Below the pieces are notes generated by a model. That model made no database searches, was not told the DNA's origin, and was given only the letters and a program-made list of their open reading frames with translations. From positions 1 through 33,371 of the IMG/VR virus record IMGVR_UViG_3300022072_000067: a stretch of DNA of 33,371 bases; one strand, given 5' to 3'. Position numbers and translations under genes: made by a program. Origin of the DNA: a virus. Lineage: Duplodnaviria > Caudoviricetes. How positions within the stretch are numbered: position 1 is the stretch's first letter; each line of letters starts with the position of its first letter. This document shows positions 27,245-33,371 of this stretch, one piece after another.

Positions 27245-27274
27245 ACCGTTAGTTAACTCTAGCGGTCCTTTTTT
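27241..27274 (+). terminator. Rho-independent terminator after the RNAP gene
   Basis: AAGGACCGTTAG-TTAACT-CTAGCGGTCCTT followed by TTTT. Confidence 0.85.
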
Positions 27275-27332
27275 GATGCTTATTAGCTCTATTTGGGCCA
27301 CTTGTAAGGCATTGAAAACAATAGACATCTAA

Positions 27333-27354
27333 AAACACTTACTATAGAGGAAGG
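27333..27354 (+). promoter_or_regulatory. Putative phage RNAP promoter B
   Basis: Second perfect copy of the 22-mer, 110 bp downstream of the first. Confidence 0.75.
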
Positions 27355-27432
27355 TGGTTAGTACTATAGGATCCCCTTAGTACCTTAAGTACCCCTTAGG
27401 TTAACCTTAGAATACCTTAGGTACTACCACCT
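27352..27432. repeat. Origin-like array of five CCTTA(G/A) repeats inside an inverted repeat
   Basis: CCTTAR at 27375, 27383, 27394, 27405, 27415; AGGTGGTTAGTAC ... GTACTACCACCT arms. Confidence 0.65.
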
Positions 27433-27459
27433 CTGCTAAGACATAAAGGATAACATAAG

Positions 27460-27660
27460 ATGAACGATAGTACTAATGAGGCCATTTTAGCCCTCTCAGA
27501 ACTACACGAAGAAGAACTGCTAGAATATCTGACAGACATGGTGGTTTTAGAACCAGAGCTATTCCTTAGCATTGTACATAGCAACTATATGCTTATGCTA
27601 CAAGAGCTACGTGAAGAGAAGCACAACGGTTACTCAATGTATCCTGAGCTAAGCTCATGA
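27460..27660 (+). CDS. Small acidic hypothetical protein
   Basis: RBS AAAGGA; 66 aa. Confidence 0.6.
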   Translation: MNDSTNEAILALSELHEEELLEYLTDMVVLEPELFLSIVHSNYMLMLQELREEKHNGYSMYPELSS

Positions 27661-27851
27661 ACAAGTCCAAGCACATGACTGTAGTCTTCATCTTTGTAGC
27701 CATGTCAACAGGACTTATGCTGTTCGACTATGCTTCTATGATGCCAACAGCTACACTATCTATTCTACCAGGCTTCTATGGTGGCTTCTTTGCAGCTTTA
27801 GGTCTAGCCCACATATTCGACCTTATAAAACAATACAACACAAAGGACTAA
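27657..27851 (+). CDS. Small membrane protein (2 TM segments)
   Basis: ATGA overlap with the previous gene; two hydrophobic stretches. Confidence 0.55.
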   Translation: MNKSKHMTVVFIFVAMSTGLMLFDYASMMPTATLSILPGFYGGFFAALGLAHIFDLIKQYNTKD

Positions 27852-27855
27852 ACAC

Positions 27856-27930
27856 ATGACCTACTACCTCCTCCCAGATGGCACTATCACCTTTAAGCGT
27901 AAAGAAGCTGAAGGTTACGATCGTGACTGA
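27856..27930 (+). CDS. 24-aa micro-ORF (MTYYLLPDGTITFKRKEAEGYDRD)
   Basis: RBS AAAGGA; stop overlaps the primase GTG start region. Confidence 0.5.
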   Translation: MTYYLLPDGTITFKRKEAEGYDRD

Positions 27931-29494
27931 ATTAACCCGTCAACCATGTCCCACTTGTAGTAGCAGTGATGCTTTTAGCTACAACACTGAGAAGATGGTC
28001 GGCGTTTGCTTTAGCTGTGGTGGCTCCTACCCTAAGTCTGGCGTGAAGTACTCTGAAGAGACCCTTGAGCTCTACCCATTAGGGGAACTTGAGGGCTTTA
28101 CGCCTTCAACCACAACCACAAAAGAAGCAATCGGCAACTATGTAAGCCTTAGAGGTATCGATAAGAGCACCTTTGAGCACTATGGTGTTAAGACTGTCGT
28201 TGGTAGTGGTGGCTCACCTTTGAGCCAAACCTATGTTTACCCATCAGGTGCCACTAAGACACGTAAGTTCCCTAAAGACTTCACCGCTACTGGTAAGATG
28301 GATAGTCTCTTTGGGATGAACTTGTTTACCGCTGGTACGTCTAAGATGGTAACTATCACCGAGGGCGAACTAGACGCTCTATCGGCCTTTCAGATGCTTG
28401 GTGGCTTAACGTCCCGTTATGCTACTCCTGTAGTATCACTACCATCAGCTAATCCGTCAAAAGCCTTCTGGGAAGCCGTCGTGCCCTGGCTGGATAGCTT
28501 CGAGAAGATCGTGCTTTCAGTCGACGCAGATGGCCCAGGCGACGAAGTGGCCCAAAAGATAAACACTTTGTTTCCACACAAGACCTACCGGGTGGACCAC
28601 AGCATCTATAAGGATGCAAACGACTTCCTAGTAGCCGGCAAGGCTTCTGAGTACAAGTCTGCATGGTTCAATGCTGCTAGGTTCACTCCAGACAACCTGC
28701 TGCACTCACAAGCCGACCTCTTAAGTCTGTTTGACGATACCCCAGAACACTCTTTTGTCCCAACAGGTATCATCGAGTTCGACAACAAGGCCATGGGTCT
28801 TCACCGCGGGCACTTCACTATGTTCAAAGCTGCTACAGGTATCGGTAAGACTGAGGTCTTCAGGTTCCTAGAGTGGAACTTCATCAAGCGTGGTGTTACT
28901 TTCGCCACCTGTCACCTTGAGGAAATACCACTCCGTTCAGTATTGGGCTTGGTGTCCTACGATCTAAAAGACAACTTGACTAGAAAAGACCTCATTGAGG
29001 AAAAGGGTAAGACTGAAGAAGTCCGTGCAAGCATCAAGCGTCTAGCGGGTACAGAACACTTTTACCAGTTCAAGCTACGAGAGGGTGATGGCGCCGATGA
29101 GTTGGTCCAGCAAGTCAAAATGATGGCAACCGTCTATGGTTGTCAGTTCGTTATGATTGAGCCAATCCAAGACACTATCACCACCTCGTCAGAGAGTAGC
29201 AAAGAGAGCGAACTAGCTCAACTAGCTATTCGACTGTCTAAAGTGGCGGCAGAATACAACATCGGTGTCATAACCATCGCACACACTAACGAGAACGGCG
29301 ATGCTAAGTATTGTAAGATGCTTTCTCAACGAGCCTCTGTTGTAGTCGACTTACACAGGGACAAGGATGCTGAGGACGCGATAGATCGCAACACTACTAA
29401 ACTGGTGATTACTAAGAACCGCCCAACTTCAGAGGAGGGCTTTGCTGGCGAGATGCTGTTCGACTTGAACACGTTTACCCTAGCACCACTATAA
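27923..29494 (+). CDS. Primase-helicase (T7 gp4-like)
   Basis: CPTC...CFSC zinc finger, TOPRIM TEGELDA and DADGPG, Walker A AATGIGKT, KNR; probable GTG start at 27923. Confidence 0.94.
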   Translation: MTELTRQPCPTCSSSDAFSYNTEKMVGVCFSCGGSYPKSGVKYSEETLELYPLGELEGFTPSTTTTKEAIGNYVSLRGIDKSTFEHYGVKTVVGSGGSPLSQTYVYPSGATKTRKFPKDFTATGKMDSLFGMNLFTAGTSKMVTITEGELDALSAFQMLGGLTSRYATPVVSLPSANPSKAFWEAVVPWLDSFEKIVLSVDADGPGDEVAQKINTLFPHKTYRVDHSIYKDANDFLVAGKASEYKSAWFNAARFTPDNLLHSQADLLSLFDDTPEHSFVPTGIIEFDNKAMGLHRGHFTMFKAATGIGKTEVFRFLEWNFIKRGVTFATCHLEEIPLRSVLGLVSYDLKDNLTRKDLIEEKGKTEEVRASIKRLAGTEHFYQFKLREGDGADELVQQVKMMATVYGCQFVMIEPIQDTITTSSESSKESELAQLAIRLSKVAAEYNIGVITIAHTNENGDAKYCKMLSQRASVVVDLHRDKDAEDAIDRNTTKLVITKNRPTSEEGFAGEMLFDLNTFTLAPL

Positions 29495-29503
29495 GGAAAC
29501 AAC

Positions 29504-31345
29504 ATGAAAATCGTATTCGACCTAGAGAGTGACGGGCTTCTAAACAAGCTGACTAAGATCCACGTCTTCTCGTGGTCTGTGGTTGGCTCTGGTGTAGTCC
29601 ACAGCACTAACGACCTCAGCACCATCCAAGAGGTCATGCACAAAGCTACAACTGTCGTAGGCCACAACATTGTAGCCTTTGACATCCCAGCACTACAGAT
29701 GTTCGAAATCTATACAGATGCCGACATCATCGACACCTTGCCACTCTCTTGGTACTTAGAGCCAAAGCGCATTAGGCATGGTCTAGGCGACTGGGGCGTC
29801 ACAGTAGGTGTCCCTAAGCCCAAAGTGGACGATTGGGACAACCTGTCCTACGAAGACTACAAGCACCGCTGCGAGGAAGACGTTAAGATCAACCTTGAAG
29901 TCCTGAGTATCCTAGAGCGTAAGCTTACAAGGCTCTACCGTGATGAGGGCGAAGCTAAACGTCTCACTGACTACCTCACATTTAAGATGCAGTGCGCTAG
30001 AGACCAAGAGGTCTATGGTTGGCGGTTAGACGTGCCCAAAGCTAAAGCACTACAAAAAACATTAGAACAGATGAAGGAGAGCTCACAAGATCAACTATCA
30101 GCAGCTATGCCCACAAAGCCTATTACAAAAGTAATGAACCCGCCAAAAGTGATGCACAAGAAAGATGGCACACTATCTTCACGAGGCGAGGCTTGGCAAC
30201 AGCTACTTAAAGAAGCCTACATGCCAGCATCAACCATGCAACCTATGACTATCTTAGTAGGGCATGACGCTGGTAACCCTAACAGCCACGAGCAAGTCAA
30301 AGACTGGCTTTATGATCTTGGGTGGGTTCCTGAAACCTTCAAGTACGTCCGAGGGGACAACATCGGTGAAGAACGTAAAATCCCACAGATACGGGATGGT
30401 TCTGAGCTATGCCCTAGCGTACTCAAACTAGCTGAAGTAGAACCTTCAATCAAACTCTTGGAAGACCTGACAGTCACTAGCCACAGGCTTGGTGCCGTTA
30501 ACGCTTTCCTAGAGTGTGAAGTTAATGGTTGGTTGTCAGCAGGTATTGCAGGCCTCACCAACACCTTTCGGTTCAAACATAGGAAGCCTCTAGTTAACCT
30601 CCCCGCTGTCGATAAGCCTTGGGGAAAAGAACTAAGGGGCTGCTTGATTGCTCCAGAGGGTGAGGTGCTTGTTGGTTGTGATATGGTTTCCCTAGAGGAC
30701 ACCACTAAGCGACACTACATGCAACCTATTGATCCTGACTATGTAGCTGAGATGCAGCTTGATGGCTTTGATCCACACTTGGACTTAGCTAAACATGCTG
30801 GGGCTGTAACCCAAGAACAGATAGACCAACACAATGCTGGCACTATCAACCTTGGTTCAGTCCGTAAGGGCTACAAGGCTGCTAACTATGCTTGTGTCTA
30901 CGGTGTAGGCCCAGCGACACTATCACGAACAACAGGACTACCCCAAGGTGAAGCTAAGAAGCTTATTGAAGCCTACTGGGGTCGTAATTGGGCAGTACAG
31001 AAGATTGCAGAAACCAGAAAGGTGCGAGAGATAAACGGTGAAGCTTGGATACTCAATGCAGTCTCAGGCTTCTGGCACAGCCTACGTTCCGAAAAGGACC
31101 GTTGGTCAACCACAAACCAATCCACTGGTGTCTATTGTTTTGACCAATATGTTATGTTGGTTAAGGCTGCTGGTGAAAAGGTTATCGGTCAGTTCCATGA
31201 TGAAGTTATCGTAGCTACTGATGACCACAAAAGAACAGAGCGTGTGCTTCTTGAATGCAAGGACAAGCTCAACGACAAAATGAAACTCAATGTACCACTT
31301 GGCGTAGATTACGCAGTGGGCAAGAATTATGCGGAGATACACTAG
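29504..31345 (+). CDS. DNA polymerase family A with 3'-5' exonuclease (T7 gp5-like)
   Basis: FDLESDG, GHNIVAFD exonuclease motifs; DMVSLE (A), RKGYKAANYACVYG (B), FHDE (C). Confidence 0.96.
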   Translation: MKIVFDLESDGLLNKLTKIHVFSWSVVGSGVVHSTNDLSTIQEVMHKATTVVGHNIVAFDIPALQMFEIYTDADIIDTLPLSWYLEPKRIRHGLGDWGVTVGVPKPKVDDWDNLSYEDYKHRCEEDVKINLEVLSILERKLTRLYRDEGEAKRLTDYLTFKMQCARDQEVYGWRLDVPKAKALQKTLEQMKESSQDQLSAAMPTKPITKVMNPPKVMHKKDGTLSSRGEAWQQLLKEAYMPASTMQPMTILVGHDAGNPNSHEQVKDWLYDLGWVPETFKYVRGDNIGEERKIPQIRDGSELCPSVLKLAEVEPSIKLLEDLTVTSHRLGAVNAFLECEVNGWLSAGIAGLTNTFRFKHRKPLVNLPAVDKPWGKELRGCLIAPEGEVLVGCDMVSLEDTTKRHYMQPIDPDYVAEMQLDGFDPHLDLAKHAGAVTQEQIDQHNAGTINLGSVRKGYKAANYACVYGVGPATLSRTTGLPQGEAKKLIEAYWGRNWAVQKIAETRKVREINGEAWILNAVSGFWHSLRSEKDRWSTTNQSTGVYCFDQYVMLVKAAGEKVIGQFHDEVIVATDDHKRTERVLLECKDKLNDKMKLNVPLGVDYAVGKNYAEIH

Positions 31346-31852
31346 ATGGCTAAAGGTAAAACAACAATCGTTTCTATGACTGGTTTCGTAGAATACGCAC
31401 GAGTGTTCCCAGAGAACATGGACAACGGAGACTACCACGAGAAAACACAGGGGCAATACAATGTAAACTTCTACCCTGAAGACAACGAAGGCTTCGAAGC
31501 TTACTTTAAAGCTGGTGCACCAGTGTCCTCAATGGGGCACGATACTATCAAGATTGGTAACCCTGAGCTTGGCACAGGTAAGTTCCTTAAGCTCAAGCGT
31601 CCTAACGTCCACCCAATTGCCCCAGAGTGGGGTGGTGCACCTACAGTCTTTGACTTCCGTGAAGGTGAGAGCCTCAAGAAGTGGTCAATGGCAGACGATG
31701 GCGAGCTAGGTAACTGCTCTAAGGTTACTGTAAAGGTGTCCGTTTGGGCTGATGGTAAGAAGTCCATCCAGCGCTTGGAGAAGATTGCAGTTCATAATCT
31801 AGTTGAGTTCACTGGTCAATCAGGTTCTGCGGTTGACATGGACACGTTCTAA
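31346..31852 (+). CDS. Putative single-stranded DNA-binding protein (gp2.5-like)
   Basis: Position in the replication module; ELGNCSKVTVKV motif; acidic C-terminus ending in Phe. Confidence 0.7.
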   Translation: MAKGKTTIVSMTGFVEYARVFPENMDNGDYHEKTQGQYNVNFYPEDNEGFEAYFKAGAPVSSMGHDTIKIGNPELGTGKFLKLKRPNVHPIAPEWGGAPTVFDFREGESLKKWSMADDGELGNCSKVTVKVSVWADGKKSIQRLEKIAVHNLVEFTGQSGSAVDMDTF

Positions 31853-32541
31853 TGCTTGTCCTAATAGACGGTGACATCCTAACCTATAGGGCTGCTTTCT
31901 CTTGCGAGGGGCAGCCGCTAGAGGATGCACACGACAAGATAGACGAGATGGTAGAGGAAATCTTGGGGGCGGTAGCTTTTAGCGCAACCTCTGAAAACTA
32001 CGAGATGTTCATTACTGGCAAAGGTAACTTTCGCTTTGATGTTCAACCAACGTACAAGCAGAACCGTTCAGGCAAACCTAAGCCTGAGCATCTGCCAGCA
32101 CTACGTGACTACTTGGTTGAAGCCTACAACGCAAAGGTCTCTAGTGGACAAGAAGCAGACGATGACATCACTATCCGAGCCACAGAGCTAGGCCCTGATG
32201 CTATCATTGCTTCGATCGACAAGGACTTCTTGCAGGTTCCTTGCCACCACTACAATCTAAATAAGAAAACATTAGTAAATGTTGATGAGTTTGAGGGGCT
32301 ACGGTTCTTCTACACTCAGATCATTATGGGTGATAGTGCTGACAATGTGTTTGGCATCAAGGGTGTTGGTCCAGTGAAAGCTGGCAAGATGCTTGCTGAT
32401 GCTACAACAGAGCGTGAGCTTTATGAGATTTGTGTAGCTGCCTATGGTGGTGACACAAGTAAGGTCACAGAGAACGCAAAGCTTCTGTGGCTGCTACGCA
32501 AGGAAGGTCAGATGTGGTCTATCCCAAGCGCAGTAAGCTAA
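31852..32541 (+). CDS. 5'-3' exonuclease (T7 gp6-like)
   Basis: IDGDIL, YKQNR, EADD, IDKD, GDSADN..GI.GVG motifs. Confidence 0.93.
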   Translation: MLVLIDGDILTYRAAFSCEGQPLEDAHDKIDEMVEEILGAVAFSATSENYEMFITGKGNFRFDVQPTYKQNRSGKPKPEHLPALRDYLVEAYNAKVSSGQEADDDITIRATELGPDAIIASIDKDFLQVPCHHYNLNKKTLVNVDEFEGLRFFYTQIIMGDSADNVFGIKGVGPVKAGKMLADATTERELYEICVAAYGGDTSKVTENAKLLWLLRKEGQMWSIPSAVS

Positions 32542-32918
32542 GGCAATCGGCACTCAAGGCTGGCTTTCGATCTGGTCTTGAGCAAGATAACTCGAAACAT
32601 CTAGAGAGGTACAATGTAGACTATGAATACGAAAAGTACAAAATCAAGTACGTTGGTAAGCCACGGACGTACACACCAGACTTTAGACTTTCGAACGGCA
32701 TAATCATTGAGGCCAAGGGTCGCTTCATTCCTAGTGACAGATCAAAGCATCTGTTAGTTAAGGAACAGCACCCTGAACTAGATATCCGTTTTGTCTTTAG
32801 TAATAGTCAACAAAGACTTTCCAAGACTTCAAAACAGACCTACGGAGGCTGGTGCGAACGTCATGGGTTCCTTTACGCTGACGGGTTGATCCCCGTTGAG
32901 TGGATGAAAGAGAGGTGA
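32514..32918 (+). CDS. Endonuclease I / Holliday junction resolvase (T7 gp3-like)
   Basis: FRSGLE, YTPDF, IIEAKGRF, HPELDIRFVF, TYGGWC motifs; likely GTG start after AAGGAAGG. Confidence 0.94.
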   Translation: MVYPKRSKLRQSALKAGFRSGLEQDNSKHLERYNVDYEYEKYKIKYVGKPRTYTPDFRLSNGIIIEAKGRFIPSDRSKHLLVKEQHPELDIRFVFSNSQQRLSKTSKQTYGGWCERHGFLYADGLIPVEWMKER

Positions 32919-32920
32919 TC

Positions 32921-33322
32921 TTGCCATCTAGTGCCCCAAGGGCCTGTCGTGTCCCAGGGTGCGCTGCCTATTCGTGTAGTGACGATAACTGTTTAGACAA
33001 AAGACAAGCTACACATAAACCAAAGCAAGCGGGAGACCCTCATGATCGGGGGTCTCTCAGCCGTGATAAGGCATACAGTAATGCACGATGGAAGAAAGTA
33101 AGGAACTCACAGTTGTCAAAGGCACCACTATGTCAGAGGTGCTTGAGTTTCGATATAGTAACTATAGCAACAGACGTAGACCACCAGACACCACACAGGG
33201 GTAGTAAGAACCTCATGTGGGACGCTGGTAACCTACAGTCACTATGCAGATCGTGCCATAGTTGGAAGACACAGGAGGAGCTTAAAGGCACCTTCCATGA
33301 CTTCCGTAATAATGTTGCGTGA
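32921..33322 (+). CDS. HNH endonuclease, HK97 gp74-like packaging cofactor
   Basis: P...RAC..PGC start, PLC..C, VDH..PHRG, NLQSLC.SCH..KT; likely TTG start after GAGGTG; precedes terS on the circular map. Confidence 0.9.
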   Translation: MPSSAPRACRVPGCAAYSCSDDNCLDKRQATHKPKQAGDPHDRGSLSRDKAYSNARWKKVRNSQLSKAPLCQRCLSFDIVTIATDVDHQTPHRGSKNLMWDAGNLQSLCRSCHSWKTQEELKGTFHDFRNNVA

Positions 33323-33371
33323 GGTTCACACTTTGGGTAACAATATTCTGATTTAATGGCGTGCATAAAAT

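Noticed and set aside
27223-27354. Mini-CRISPR or att-site reading of the 22-bp direct repeat
   Set aside because: Only two copies with an 88-nt gap, no cas or integrase genes; the ACTATAG core and position fit phage RNAP promoters
19934-31345. Inteins or introns in nrdJ, RNAP, helicase or polymerase
   Set aside because: The ORFs are continuous and compact, with no splice or homing-endonuclease motifs seen
2074-32920. Longest-ORF starts given in the track (2074, 2831, 4500, 6698, 7443, 19639, 19835, 21987, 23917, 27878, 32487, 32900)
   Set aside because: They overlap upstream genes, hairpins or promoters; downstream starts have better RBS context
32921-33322. HNH as a mobile homing endonuclease
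   Set aside because: Its size, motif pattern and position next to terS fit a gp74-like packaging cofactor better
330-33366. Minus-strand and alternate-frame ORFs in the track (e.g. 330..902, 7457..7978, 19987..20409, 26526..26945)
   Set aside because: They lie opposite or within well-supported + strand genes and show no recognisable motifs; treated as shadow ORFs
1-33371. Prophage, gene transfer agent, or tRNA genes
   Set aside because: No integrase, repressor or host genes; a complete replication module is present; no cloverleaf seen in the short intergenic gaps

Overview
This looks like an essentially complete ~33.4 kb lytic tailed-phage genome with all credible genes on the + strand, apparently linearised between an HNH packaging nuclease (right end) and the small terminase (left end), as in cos-type HK97-like phages. 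It is a chimera. The left ~19.6 kb is a siphovirus virion module: TerS, lysis cassette, TerL, HK97-type portal/protease/capsid, a non-contractile tail with a lambda-type GGGAAAG -1 frameshift, tape measure, gpJ-like tip and fibre. The right part has a nucleotide-metabolism block (class II RNR, ThyX, MazG-like PPase, DUF6378-like protein, T4 gp42-like dCMP hydroxymethylase) followed by a T7-like module (compact single-subunit RNA polymerase, primase-helicase, PolA, SSB, exonuclease, endonuclease I). Main points of interest: (i) a minimal cytosine-modification pathway with no recognisable kinase or glycosyltransferase, apparently co-transcribed with the RNAP; (ii) two perfect T7-like promoters right after the RNAP gene, one firing directly into a terminator and the other into phased CCTTAG repeats (origin-like); (iii) duplicated terminator+promoter cassettes bracketing nrdJ; (iv) strong GANTC depletion and -10 boxes lacking the last T, which suggest an alphaproteobacterial host. 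No integrase, repressor, tRNA or CRISPR array was seen. All product calls come from motif recognition, not database searches.
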